From: Octopus sinensis | Lineage: Eukaryota | Reading direction: 5' to 3' | NCBI RefSeq assembly: GCF_006345805.1 | Contig: NC_043001.1 | Location: 32,674,001 to 32,738,000, forward strand | Length of the DNA: 64,000 bases | Shown here: positions 39,157 to 52,582 of the stretch, piece by piece | Layout of the letters: the number at the start of each line of letters is the position of its first letter | Position numbering within the stretch: position 1 is the first letter of the stretch | The notes under the pieces: generated by a model | What the model saw: only the letters and a program-made list of their open reading frames with translations | Database searches by the model: none | Told to the model about the DNA's origin: nothing | Translations under genes and position numbers: made by a program

Positions 39157-39553
39157 AAAACACAGGAGTAACAGTACGTAAACAGTTTTGTATATAAAAT
39201 GGAGGTTGTGTAAAGTGGACAGTGAAGTTATGGAATATATATTGGCTTCAAAGTTTGGCACAAGGGGAAGGACTAAGTCGATTTAGTCGCCCCCGATGTT
39301 CAACTGCTTCTTATTTTATCGACTCCGAAAGGATGAAATGCAAAGTCGACCCCTACCAGAGGCGGCTGGTGTATAGGTACTGCAGAATTGTGGCATTTCC
39401 ACTCTATATTATCGATGAAATTTATTATAATGTGTCCTTTTTTCTTTAATTCTTTCTTTATACTTGTACATTATATAATCCTTAAGCTTAATATCATCTG
39501 CTAGTTTATGAAGAACATACAAAAATCCTTGTATAGAACTGCGCGCTTCACAG

Positions 39554-39677
39554 TTCTAGCGACGCGGTGTTTGGCTGCTGTGCGCATAGTCACATGTCTG
39601 AGATAGGAAGCTTCCCGCTAAGGAGAGAGAGAGAGCACTGCGTGAACGACGGTTCCGATCCCGGTGTTCCGGTGAAA
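39554..39677 (+). CDS. Candidate exon SSDAVFGCCAHSH-MSEIGSFPLRREREHCVNDGSDPGVPVK
   Basis: CpG-rich unique block; consensus donor GTAAGT at 39678; ATG at 39594 gives 28 codons to a phase-0 donor; weak acceptor. Confidence 0.35.
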
Positions 39678-39969
39678 GTAAGTGTTTCTTTTTAACTCCG
39701 CTTGTGTTGTGCTTAAAAAACGTGTTTATATTCTTTAATGTGATAAAGTGTAGAATTAGATTAATATTCTGCTTCGAGCAATATAATTTTATTAGATGCT
39801 CCATATACGGAAAGAACGTTTATATTCAAACATGAAAATAATTGCCAACTGTAAACATGTAAGCAGACAGCTCTTCAAATATTCGTAATTGCGCAAAAAC
39901 ACAACTTTTATTTGTTTTCTTAGTCAATCTTTTTGTTTAATCATCTTGAAATGTAAGCGAAGTTACTAA

Positions 39970-40356
39970 TGGAAGCACTCCGTCGGTTACGACGATGAGG
40001 GTTCCGGTTGATCCGAATCAACGGAACAGCCTGCTCGTGAAATTAACGTGTAAGTGGCTGAGCACTCCACAGACACGTGTACCCTTAACGTAGTTCTCGG
40101 GGCTATTCAGCGTGACACAGAGAGAGTTACAAGGCCGGCCCCTTGAAATACAGGTACAACAGAAACAGGAAGTAAGAGTGAGAGAAAGTTGTGGTGAAAG
40201 AGTACAGCAGGGATCACCACCATCCCCTGCCGGAGCCTCGTGGAGCTTTTAGGTGTTTTCGCTCAATAAACACTCACAACGCCCGGTCTGGGAATCGAAA
40301 CCGCGATCCTATGACCGCGAGTCCGCTGCCCTAACCACTGGGCCATTGCGCCTCCA
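39970..40356 (-). mobile_element. SINE family C, full length
   Basis: TSD gcgaagttac at 39957-39966 and 40361-40370. Confidence 0.95.
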
Positions 40357-40593
40357 CTACGCGAAGTTACACGAGTCAATGAAGGAACATTGATGCAACC
40401 AATGGAACTATATATACATGTGTGAGTGTGTATCGTCCAATGATGACCAGCAGACTGAAACGTCGTAGTTGCTGTCGATAATTTTCTTATTACAGCATAA
40501 TAAATATGTACATTATAGCAAGCATTGAAGAATACTCCAGTTTAATGTAAAAGTGTCTTTATTACAACTCGACTTCAAAACAAACATTAATAT

Positions 40594-40982
40594 AGGCGTA
40601 GGAGTGGCTGTGTGGTAAGTAGCTTGCTTACCAACCACATGGTTCCAGGTTCAGTCCCACTGCGTGGCACATTGGGCAAGTGTCTTCTACTATAGCTTCG
40701 GGCACACTAAAGCCTTGTGAGTTGATTTGGTGGACGGAAAGTGAAAGAAGCCCGTCGTATATATGTATATATATGTGTGTGTATGTATGTGTGTGTGTAT
40801 ATGTTTGTGTGTCTGTGTTTGACCCCCCAACATCGCTTGACAACCGATGCTGGTGTGTTTACGTCCCCGTAACTTAGCGGTTCGGCAAAAGAGACCGATA
40901 AGTCCTGGGGTAGATTTGCTCGACTAAAAGCATGGCCAGTCAAATGACTAAAGCAAGTAAAAGAGTAAAAGAGTCAAAGAGT
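40594..40982 (+). mobile_element. SINE family A
   Basis: Head, (TA/TG) centre and agtaaaag tail. Confidence 0.92.
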
Positions 40983-41665
40983 ATAGATATCTTTAAGGCA
41001 GTAGAATCTTCTCTAAATCCTACTGAATGGTCTTCAAGAAAAAAAAAAGCTGAGCAATGTAAACCGCTATAAATAAAATAGTGAGATGGTCATGAATGGA
41101 ACCATTTTTATCGTAGATCTAGTTAATCCAGGTTAAGCAAACTGCACATCAACATCAACCTATGCTTATACGATGCATAATTATAGTTTCTGATCATCAT
41201 TATTACAAAATTTCATATATGGAAACAACTACAATATTGAACTCTTCTATATTTTACACCACATATTATCTTGTACTCTTTTCTCTGTGTGTGTGTGTGT
41301 CCAATGTAACTCTACAGTCTAAATAGATAGCCTAATTTATGTTATTACACTAGCGTATTTAACTGTTCAGACTCTAAAATGTGATACAATAATTATTTAT
41401 GTAGAATGATTTATTTATTTGATAAGAATCATGTAACTTCTGAAAATTTAAAGGAATTGCAAAAGGAACGAAATGAAAAGGGAATAAAATGAAAAGGAAC
41501 GAAGTGAATAAAATGAAAATTAGGTTGAAATGAATGAATCTGCTTTGCTTTTAATAGGCTACGGGAAATAACTCTATTATGCTTAAGATTGAGTTATTGC
41601 CCTTTACAAATTCTGCCCGCTTATATATTTCTTGAGCCAAATGTGTAATGCCCCTTGTCACCTGA

Positions 41666-41733
<68 letters not shown>

Positions 41734-41775
41734 CTCTGTTTAAGTATAATGAATTTTTACTCCACAAAAGTAGAG

Positions 41776-42195
41776 AGGCGCAGGAGTGGCTGTGTGGTAA
41801 GTAGCTTCTTTACCAACCACATGGTTCCGGGTTCAGTCCCACTGCGTGGCACCTTGGGCAAGTGTCTTCTACTATAGCCTCGGGCCGACCAAAGCCTTGT
41901 GAGTGGATTTGGTAGATGGAAACTGAAAGAAGCCCGTCGTATATATATATATATGTGTGTGTGCGTGTGTGTTTGTGTGTCTGTGTTTGTCCACCCCACC
42001 AACATCGCTTGACAACCGATGCTGGTGTGTTTATGTCCCCGTCACTTAGCGGTTCGGCAAAAAGAGACCGATAGAATGAGTACTGGGCTTACAAAAGAAT
42101 AAGTCCCGGGGTCGGGTTGCTCAACTAAAGGCAGTGCTCCAGCATGGCCGCAGTCAAATGATTGAAACTAGTAAAAGAGTAAAAGAGTAAGAGAG
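41776..42195 (+). mobile_element. SINE family A, full length (reference copy used here)
   Basis: A/B boxes, central microsatellite and (agtaaaag)n tail. Confidence 0.95.
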
Positions 42196-42479
42196 TACCC
42201 ATTAGATTAATGTTAAAATTCTTTCTATTATAACTGAACATAAAAACAAACATTAATCTCTCTGCCTTTCTCTGTCACTCTCTTTCTCTCTCTTTGTCAC
42301 TCCCTCTCTCTCTGTGTCCCTCCTTCTCTCTCTCTCTCTGTCTCTCTGTATATATATATATCGCCAATTTAACGTGGAGGTTGTGTTTTTTCCTGCGTGA
42401 TTGTGTGCGTGCGTCTATATAGGCCTGTGTAAATGCCATGGTGTACCCGAGCCATCACACATTTCCTGAAGCGAGAAGC

Positions 42480-42637
42480 ATTAGTGGGCAAGCTAGTCGA
42501 TTACATCAACCTATTGCTTAACTGGCACTTATCTTATCGATCCCAGAACGATGAAAGGCAAAGTCGACCATGGCGAAATTTGAACTCACAACGTAAGGAC
42601 GGGCGAAATGCTAACGGTTATGCCAGCTCACCGCCCT
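42480..42637 (-). mobile_element. SINE family B, diverged
   Basis: gatgaaaggcaaagtcgacc...gccagctcaccgcc. Confidence 0.8.
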
Positions 42638-42639
42638 AA

Positions 42640-42900
42640 TAATAGCAGTGTTGATACCAAAGAAATTTTTTAAATGGAGGAATATCAGGATCTAGCCAGA
42701 CAGCTGTGTATTTGGGGATAGACCAAGGTAATAATTATCCCAGTAGTAATTAATGAACTTGGTGCAACACCCAAAATACTACCTAAAAGAAACTGGAATT
42801 GAAACTAGATTTCTCGACCTCTAGAAAAGTGCTATCCTATATCATGGAAGAATCCTAAAAGCGATTCTTAAGATTTGAGGAGATTTATCTGAACTTCTAA
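42640..42900 (+). pseudogene. REL-endonuclease non-LTR (R4/Dong-like) C-terminal relic
   Basis: MEEYQDLARQLCIWG*TKVIIIPVVINELGATPK...KSAILYHGRILKAILKI* matches the EKYQDL...VIPIVIGALG...LQK.A....RIL pattern. Confidence 0.7.
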
Positions 42901-43667
42901 ACTAACATGCACTAGCGTAATAGTCCTTTCTACTATAAGCACATGGCCTGCAGCTTTTTGTGGTGTGGAGGTTCTGGGTGACAGAACCGTCATCCGCTAA
43001 ACCAATTACGAAATGGAAGCCTGGACGTTTGCAATTGAAAAGCCTGGCAAGTTTAAGGATCGGATTTATCTGAGAGGCTCCCGTAGATTCTTTGGCCACA
43101 CTTGATATACGAGGTCCCAATATCCAAAGTTGATGGCATTGGGTAGTGAATTAGCAATTTCGTATAAAAGTGGATAAGACATTCTCGGCGCTAGAACAGT
43201 ATTGCTTTATATGGATAGAATATTTGAAATCTCTTCATCAGCAAACCGCGAGAATTTCTGGTGACCGTACTGGCACTGGGTTTGAATATCGAGTCACCTG
43301 CGACCAAAATCTTTCATGATGGTACTGATGTCAATGTATGGTGGAAGTGGAAAATCTCGTCTAAGGCACAGGGCCTACAACATGTTGGGTATGAAGACAG
43401 CAGATGTATTCTCAAGTTGGTTAGAAATCAAATAATGTGAGTTCTGAAATGGGTTGTGCTCATTAAACACGAGCTGGGACTTAAACAAACCTGACTTGGT
43501 CGTCAGGGTGAGGGTGTCTGATTGTTGAAAGACTCGAAAAACCCAATGAACCTGAGGAAACATCGTTGATGATGTACATCACAGGATGATTTTTGTGTAA
43601 AAATATTTACACGTGGTATGTATCTGCGTATGTGTGTGTGTGTGTGTATCTGTCTGTTTGTGTTTGT

Positions 43668-44073
43668 GTGGCAGAATCGTTAGCACGCCGGGCGAAATGC
43701 TTGGCAATATTTCGCCTGCCGCTACGTTCTGAGTTCAAATTCCGCCGAGGTCAACTTTGCCTTTCATCCTTTCGGGGTCGATGAAATAAGTACCAGCTGC
43801 GTACTGGGGTCGATGTAATCGACTTAATCCGTTTGTCTGTCCTTGTTTGTCCCCTCTGTGTTTAGCCCCTTGTGGGTAGTAAAGAAATAGGTATTTCGCC
43901 TGCCGCTACGTTCTGAGTTCAAATTCCGCCGAGATCGACTTTACCTTTCATCCTTTCGGGGTCGATTAAATAAGTACCAGTTACACACTGGGATCGATAT
44001 AATCGACTTAATCCGTTTGTCTGTCCTCGTTTGTCCTCTCTGTGTTTAGCCCCTTGTGGGTAGTAAAGAAATA
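43668..44073 (+). mobile_element. SINE family B dimer
   Basis: Junction aaagaaata|ggtatttcg at ~43890. Confidence 0.93.
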
Positions 44074-44084
44074 GATACGCCAGT

Positions 44085-44480
44085 CGCTGGGGTGCCACTC
44101 CGGACGCTTTTGCACTCAGCCGTCACCACTACTCTCTATTCTCTGTCACACTTATTACGTTCGTAGTCTTGTTATCTGTCCAGTATTTGATGTCAGATCA
44201 GGATTTTCTCAGTCTGTTTCTCTTTCACCTTCCTTCTTCTGTAATCGAAAGAAAGGTTTTTGACAGGGAGCTCTGGCAGGATACGTGACCATAAAAGGCA
44301 AGCTTCCGTCTTTTCACCTGCGCAAGTAGTGGCGCCGTCTTCCAGCATATCTGTTACTTGCTGCCTGACAAACCTGTCATTTTGTGACTTGTGTATGGGA
44401 AGTGTAGCGGCCTGCTGAAGCAATGCTCAAACGCCTGAAATCTTTACTCCATGTCAGTTGTAAGGGTCCAGCCCTCACAA
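44085..44480 (-). pseudogene. RTE-clade LINE 3' fragment, degenerate
   Basis: Minus-strand LAQVKRRKLAFYGHV...SLSKTFL is an RTE C-terminal motif. Confidence 0.65.
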
Positions 44481-45426
44481 TCATACAGAAAGAACGAAAT
44501 TACCCGGGATCTGTCCGGATCTTATCTAACTTTCTGATGGTGAACAACGAAATAACTAACATGGGGACCGTGTTTTCAAGTATTCAAATAACGTGAACAA
44601 TAATTTATTAAGACGCTGGGTTCATATGGGGATAGATATATGTACGTGTGTGTGTGTGTGTGTGTGTATCAGGGGATGAACAAAAAGAACATAACAATGA
44701 GGAAAAGTTAGACGAAAGTAGAACAAACGGGAAACTAGACGAGAACTTAACGGACGGGAAATTTAGACAAAGACACGATAGACGGAATATTCGAGGCTGA
44801 GTTTTTATCGTCAGTCAATGACCCAAAATATCATAGTGGTTTCGCGCCATCATCATTGAGATCACTCAATTCTGGAGGCGCCACTGTTGTTATTAAGCTA
44901 CTGGAAAAAAGCTAGCGAATGTATACTAAGACAGAAACAAACAAGACATTATATGAGACAACACACAAAAAGTTATGCACATATAACAGCACGAAGCCTT
45001 ACGACAGAAGAAAAAACTAATAATTATACGTATACCACAAATACAACAGAAAGAGCTTGCAGCTATCAAACATACTTAGTGGAGTTGCGTAAAGTTTGAA
45101 ATGGAGTATGTCCAATGGATGTAGCAGGAGCCCAGACCAGCATGATATATATATATATATATATACGTAAATGTCGGACGACGAGAATGAATCCCCAACA
45201 TCGCATTGGTGGATAGGATTTCTTTATTTTTGTATTAAGGCTACCATTGGTTTCATACTAAGAAATTTAATATTAATACAGTAACAATTTTTCAACCCGA
45301 TCACATGGAAAAAAATGGTATGTTCATCTAAAATGTAAACGAATACCATTCCTGTGATCGTTTTGAAATATTAAGGTATTAAAGTATTTTTCTTTACATG
45401 AAACCAATTGGATCTTTAATTCACAA

Positions 45427-45457
<31 letters not shown>

Positions 45458-46001
45458 TGTATGTATGTATGTATGTATGTATATGCATACATACTCAAAC
45501 ACATACACACGCACACTGACATACATTTGCATAATGCGAAAATATTCTTCATGGTACTGGATGGTATTTTGAACGTCTGCGTTTCTTCCAACTCTGCAAT
45601 AAACCGCCCACGCTGTAGCTGTAAGTATAAGAAATTTTTATTTTCCAAAAATGGATTTATGTTCCAAATAAATTATAAATTCGATATTTTCCGTGTATGG
45701 AAGGCAAAGTTTATACCCACTGGGTAGATTTTACCTTTCAACCTTTCAGAGTCGATGAAATAAGTACCAGTTTGGCACTGGGGCTCAATGTAATCGGCCT
45801 ACCCTCCCGCGAAAATACTGCCCTTGTATTAAATTTGAAATCAGTGTATTTTGCGTGTTGATTCTGTTGAGAACCGACAACTTCTCAACCCCAATTCCTC
45901 CTTAAGAGGGGAAAGGCAGCCATTTCTTTTCCCGAAAACCTTATCTTCGTATGATGAAATATGCATCAGCTTTACAATAACAATGATAAAAATGTATATA
46001 T

Positions 46002-46165
46002 AGGTGCAGGAGTGGCTGTGTGGTAAATAGCTTGCTTATCAACCACATAGTTCCACGTTCAGTCACACTGCGTGGCACCTTGGGCAAGTGTATTCTATTA
46101 TAGCCTCTGACCAACCAAAGCCTTGTAAGTTTATTTGGTTGACAGAAACTGAAAGAAGCCCGTCG

Positions 46166-46231
<66 letters not shown>

Positions 46232-46630
46232 GTGTGTGTGTGTGCGTGTGCGTTTGTGTGTCTATGTTTGTCCCTCCACTATCTCTTGAACAACCGATGT
46301 TGTTGTGTTTACGTCCCCGTAACTTACCAGTTCGACAAAAGAGACCAACAGAATAAGTACGAGGCTTACAAAGAATAAGTCCTTTGTTCGACTAAAGGTG
46401 GTGGTGCTTCAGCATGGCCGCAGTCAAATGACTGAAGCAAATAGAAGAATAAAAGAATATTGCTATTATCGATGGTAATACGCGTAGGAGTGGCTGTGTG
46501 GTAAGTAGCTTGCTTTCGAACCACATGGTTCGGGTTCAGTCTCACTGTGTGGCATCTTGGACAAGTGTCTTCTACTGTAGCCTCGTGCCGACCAAAGCCT
46601 TGTGAGTGGGTTGGTGGACGGAAACTGAAA

Positions 46631-46700
<70 letters not shown>

Positions 46701-46969
46701 TATATATATAATATATAATATATATATATATATGTGCGTGTGTATATGTTTGTATTTCTGTTGTCCCCCCAACATCGCTTGACAACCGATGCTGGTGTGC
46801 TAACGTCCCCGTAACTTTGTGGTTCGGCAAAAAAGACTGATAGAATAAGTACTAGGCTTACAAAGAATAAGTCCTGGAGTCGATTTGCTTGACTAAAGGC
46901 GGTGCTCCAGCATGGCCACAGTGAAATGACTGAAACAAGTAAAAGAGTAAAAAATGAAAGCCCGTCGTA

Positions 46970-47033
<64 letters not shown>

Positions 47034-47100
47034 CGTGTGTATATGTTTGTATGTCTGTTTGTTCCCCCCCCAACATCGCTTGACAACCGATGCTGGTGTG
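46002..47100 (+). mobile_element. Two SINE-A copies plus a partial third, in tandem
   Basis: Heads at ~46002 and ~46480; partial copy at 46955-47100. Confidence 0.9.
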
Positions 47101-47659
47101 TAGTTGTGCAATTTGGAGAAAAGTTAGTATCTAGCCTGAGTTAGTTTCAAAATTAAAAACAACAAGGAAAACAACCCCGCAACAACAACAACAACAAAAT
47201 CAGTTACATACGATGCACTTTTTATGCTTCATGATTTTGTTTTGCTTTAGACAAGGATACCGAATTTGTTTTGGTTTGCCTTATAGACATAAAGTTCTCG
47301 CCTGGCTGCATTGTTTAATCTAAACCTACAATCTAACTCTGCTGAGATCACCTGATATTATATTGGAATACAATGTTTTCCTTACAGCACTATTGAAATA
47401 TTGGATCTGTAAAACGATTTCCTTAAGGCAATGACTAAATACTGATTCATAACATTGGCACAAAGCCAGAACTTTCAGGAAAGGGTATACTCGATTAAAA
47501 TGGTCCCTAATATTTGACTGGTATTCTTATTTCATCTACTTTAATTTAATGAAAGGCAAAGTTGAAATGGATGGATTTTAATCTCAGAATGTAAAGACAC
47601 TATTTTTTGCCCAATGCTCTAAGAATTCTGACAATCCGACGCAAACACTAAAGTTTGAA

Positions 47660-48470
47660 ATATTCTTTTCTACTCTGGGCACAAGATCCGAAATTTTGGG
47701 AGAGGGGGCGAATCGATTAGGTCGACCCCAGTTAGCAACTAGTACTTAATTTATCGACCCTGAAAGGATGAAAGGCAAATTTGACCCCAGCGGAATTTGA
47801 ACTCAGAACGTAAAGACAGATGAAATACTACTAAGCATTTCGCCCGGCGTGCTAACGTTTCTGCCAGCTCGCTGCCTTACTAAGGCTTGAACTATTAACC
47901 TAGCATAATAATCATATATGGTAATATATGGATTAATTTTAAGTTCTGCCGAAGTCGACTTTGCTTTTATTATTTAAGAGTCGGTAAAATAAGTACCAGT
48001 TGAACACTGGGGTCGATATAATAGACTGAGGAACTTCCCCGCAGATTGCTGGCTTTGTGTCAAAATTTGGAACCAATATTTGGGCTATTTTAATAATATT
48101 ATTAGTTAATAAGGCGGTGAGCTGCTAGAATCGTTAGCACGCCGAGCAAAAAGCTTAGCGGCATTTCGTCCGTCCTTACGTTCTGAGTTCAGATGCTGGC
48201 GGGGTCGAATTTCCCTTCCATCCATTCGGGGTCGATAAGATAAGTTGTCAGTTGAGCACTGGGGTTGATGTAATCGACTTAAACATCCACCGAAATTTCA
48301 GGCCTTGTGCCAATAGTAGAAAGGATTATTATATTTTTAGTAAGGCGGTGAGTTGGCAGAATCGTTAGCAACCCAAGGAAAATGTTTAGCGGCATTTCGT
48401 TCGTCCTTGCATTTTGAGTTAAAATTCTGCCGAGGTCGACTTTGCCTTTCATCCTTTCGAGGCCTATGAA
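47660..48470. mobile_element. Cluster of SINE family B copies (47660-47878 on minus, diverged + copies after)
   Basis: B cores and type-2 tails. Confidence 0.85.
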
Positions 48471-49019
48471 ATATTTGTAGGAGGATATCTGCAAGTATTT
48501 TCCCTTGCCACTAATCTCGCAGTTAACAGATAATTATTTTATCGTATGGTTACATTATTATGATTATAATGGCTTTATACCTCGCCTAAACGAAACAATA
48601 TTTCATTGACTCCTTAAAATCACTGCAAATGAAATTTGGAGACAATAGATAGCGACAGGCGACAAATATTGCTTCGTTTTGGCAAGGTGTAAAGCCGTTA
48701 TAATATAGAATGTAATCATAGGATGTCATGACAAGCATACTTTGCAAGGCTCTTGGCTTCTAAGGGACTGAAACAGGTAGGAATTTTGGCGATGTTATCA
48801 TTTTTGTAGTTTAACCACAAGTTAACATTGTTTGAAAATACTTATAATGAGATGCATTCAGTCACTGTTTAATGTTTTCGAAGAATTATATATAAATTCA
48901 GCCAAGTGAAATGATTATGAGGTCCAAAAGTTTTCAGGACCAAAAAAATGTAACAACAATAAGACAACATAGAACAGAAGCGTACTGTTTAATTAATTTT
49001 ACGCTATAAGAAGGAAACG

Positions 49020-50040
49020 GAAGAGAATTAGACGTTTCGATTAGTGGTTCTTTGTCAATTACTGAACTGGAAAATTAGGTATGTTGTATTTCAGTCAAGG
49101 GTAATTCTATGCGAAAATATGATCTTATGTGTAAGTTTTTGTAAGCAAGTATAACCCGAAGAACTGCTATGATAAGACACATGTCAAACTGACCTTGTGA
49201 TGTTAATGTCAGACATATAAAATATTCCCTCTGAAATAATCTGCCAGTTTCCGACAGATTTTCTAATACACAGCATGCTACCATTTTAGCATTTAATGCA
49301 ATAAATAAGAACCTTAGCGGTGCAGGTGACATGATTGGCGAAATGGAAGGATATATTAGGTCTGTGCAGGTGGTGTTGTTTTGAATGGGGGGGGAGCATA
49401 GTAGTATAAATAAGAGCAGTTGAGTATACAGTGAAGAAAAAGAAAGAATTATGGTGTAGAAGATTACTGAATCTGTAACCACATTTGAAGGAAGAAAGAA
49501 GGCGTTCCGGTAGTATGTGGAGAAGTAGAAGGGTCAAATCAGAAGAGGTGAAAATTTTGTAGGACAGTGCGTTGGAACAGTAAGGCGGCTTTATGGTATG
49601 TATGTAAGGGGAAAATGAAGGTGGTTGGTTGTAGAGCAGAAGTGCAGAATGCAGAGATAAGTGTGGTCACTAGCATGGGTGCGATGACATGTGACATTAA
49701 TGATTGGTTGAAAGTAACAACGTTGTATGAATAGAACACCTGGGGAGGGTGTCAGGGTGCTGAAGCTGTAACAACAGTTGGTAGTTGAGCCGAAGGACAT
49801 TAGATTTGGCATAAGTGGATTGGGATGATGTGAGTTCTAGATCCAAGCGAGAGTCAGTGAGTTTGTGAAAAATGGAGGTGGAGAGGCCGAAGTAGTAAAT
49901 AGAAGCAGTGATATCTGGGAAGTAAACAGAGATAGTAGCGATGGTGTGGATTATATGTAAGACAATGTTGAAGAAGTTGACGAAAGTTATGAAAGATTCG
50001 AGCAGTTTATGTGGAAGGAAAGTGATGCAGTACAGTAGAA
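49020..50040 (-). pseudogene. Decayed Penelope-like element ORF (RT C-terminus, linker, GIY-YIG endonuclease) and 3' end
   Basis: LESFITFVNFF...SVYFPDITASI...LSTSIFHKLTDS (RT/thumb); FPLHTYH...LQNFHLF; PERLLSSFKCG; HVTCTAKVLIYCIKC...SETGR (GIY-YIG); residual GAAACGTC at ~49031-49038 on minus. Confidence 0.8.
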
Positions 50041-51028
50041 TTCCTGAGAACCGTAGAATTCCTGAGTCGCTTGGGAGAATTCGAAGAAGATTTGTGTCTC
50101 CACCTTTCCAACAAACAGGCTGGTGTTGCATGGGAAAAAATCTAGTCTCTGTCGCTACGTCAGTGACTTGTTGATACATTTCTTGGAAAACGGAAAGCAA
50201 TTAATTTTGAAGCAGTAGCACTACAGTGAAGCCCACAACTTCACGCTTTACTGCTCCAACTTTAATTGTTTTTCGCTTTCTCCAAAATCTGTCAACAGGA
50301 TCAATAGACAGACATAGCAACTGGTGTGTTGGAATGGAGACTAAAGCTGCATGGAATAAGATTTTTGTTTGGGAAACTCTCAGTAAAAATCTGCGTGACT
50401 CCAGTAATGTGTATTAACAAAAATGAACGTCGAGAAAAGCAAGGATCTGTAATGGCAGCAGAGAAGAAAGGGGTGCAAAAATTGTTTCAGGTAATGACAG
50501 AAACGGCAGAAAAAGGGTTTGAGGTTTTATAAGATGAGATAACAAAGTCTCTTCCTTTTGGTTTAATCTAATAACATAAATTCAATCTTGTTGTAATCTA
50601 GGTATGGCAATGTTATCCAAAATGTGGAAGATACGAAAGTCAGCAAAAACAAAAGATGACTCAAAAATAATTAATTTTAGACTGTTTTTTCGTGTATTAA
50701 ATACTGAATTTGTGACTTGTCTACTGGAGAAACCGGGAAGAAACGGGCGGTCCATTTTAGGGAGCATCTTTTAACATATTCAATGAAATATTCGATCACT
50801 TGAAACCGTAATTGGTCTTTTCAATTTACGGATCGCCATATTTATCTGCACCTTTTTGGTCTGTGGTGTCGTTTAATACAGTAGTAGTTCTACCGTTTTA
50901 TCAATGTAAACAAGAAGTAACCTTCCACCTAGACACAGCCCACCTTATCAGAATTAGTAATTGCCCTACATTACTACCTTCGCCTAAATATCCTGCACAT
51001 ATCAATAAACGCTCGTTTGTGCACTTAA

Positions 51029-51250
51029 CCCATATTAATCCACTGTTCTCGTTTGAGGGCAGTTGTATTTGGTTAATTTACTGCAATAAAGGTTGACTGG
51101 ACGTAAAATAGGGCTTGTTGTATTTATTTAACCACTGTATTTGGTTTATTCACTGAAATAAAGGATGACTGAATGCTTCCATATGCTTGTTATCCCTATT
51201 TATATAACTATCTTCAAAATTTCGACAGGGTTAACCTCGGTAAAAATGGG
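51029..51250. mobile_element. Possible piggyBac-like MITE
   Basis: TTAA|CCCATATTAATC ... GGTAAAAATGGG|TTAA; internal ~40-bp direct repeat. Confidence 0.45.
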
Positions 51251-51968
51251 TTAACAATCACTCTCATTCTCCGCTAGCACAGATGTATACCTGCCATTCA
51301 TATTTCTATCAAAACAGTATTATAAGCCAACTGCAAATTTGTAGTTACCAACCCACAACTTCCACAGACTGCCATACATTCGCACACAATTAACTATACA
51401 CAAGTGATTTACTATATACAAAACAAGACATAAACACACACTTTATCTCCTTTGATTTAATAAAACACAAACATAGCATGAACGGTCTAAATCATTACCC
51501 TGCACGCGTAAGAGAAAGTAGGATATAGTACTCACTCGTCTTTGTCTGTGAGTTTGCAAAATTACTGGAGAACAGCTGATGTTTACGCAATTTGGCTCAA
51601 AATAATGAAAATTTGGTTTGATTATCTTCAAAACTGGTGGCCTCGTAAATCAAAATGTTTTGACTGTACAGACATTTTGCGAAAGAATTTATGTGCACGC
51701 TTATAAACACACACACACACATAGGGATTCCACTTTATTCACTCATAAAGGCTTGCTGAATGTGGGATTGAACCTGAAACCACATGCTTTTAAAGCGAGC
51801 TTCTCAACCCCACAACCATGTCTTCGCCTCTGCATTCTTTTAACGGAGAACTCACTAAATTAAACTTTCGAGTCTGGTCTTGAAATTATTTTTATTTGTT
51901 TATTCTTTTTTAATAAAATCAATTAGCCCGTATTCCTGCTTTGCTCCCTGTTTCTGAACAGTTTTTAA

Positions 51969-52582
51969 CCTTTCGTGGACCGGCGGGGTTGGAATTACAC
52001 AAAAGGTCATTGGGGTCCCGAGGTTCCTTTTATTTTTACGCATTTTCGCACTATCCATAAAATAATATTTGTTTAATCTTGCATATATGTGTGAGTGCAT
52101 GATACAGAACAAGAAATTTAGCACTTTATAGGTATATATTTGTAATTATTAGTGTTTAATGAAGGGGAATTAAAATATAATTTATTGACAGAAAAAAATA
52201 AAACTTTTATTGAAAGAAATCAGTTTTATTTTATAGTTTTATAAACTATACATATAGCACTAAAGCAAAATTATTTAGTATATCGCTTCATACTAGTACA
52301 AATACGGAAAAAAATTGACTTATAGTTCATCAGAATATCTGAAGAAAAGAACAAAAAAAAAATTTCACACGAGGCCAATGGGGTTCAGTTGGACCCCGAT
52401 GGCCATATTTTATGCTATAACATCCATGTGACTGGAAATTCTTAACTCAAGATTTATATGTGCATACATAAACAATTGGCAATAAGTCAGGAGATACAAA
52501 ATCATTTAAATAAAACATGTAAAAATTGTATTGCCTTAAAAATTTGCTGGGGTCCCAAGGAAGTACGCCAGCCCACGAAGGG
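51969..52582. mobile_element. piggyBac-like non-autonomous element (614 bp)
   Basis: TTAA on both sides; TIRs CCTTTCGTGGACCGGCG and CGCCAGCCCACGAAGGG (14/17 match); internal GGGGTCC/GGACCCC motifs. Confidence 0.8.

Noticed and set aside
43100-43590. Possible additional LINE RT relic (MYIINDVS...HPDD on minus)
   Set aside because: Too degenerate to support by eye.
44193-44423. Gypsy RT-like VRQQVTDMLEDG
   Set aside because: A neighbouring frame gives the RTE motif VKRRKLAFYGHV; no LTR or other Gypsy motifs.
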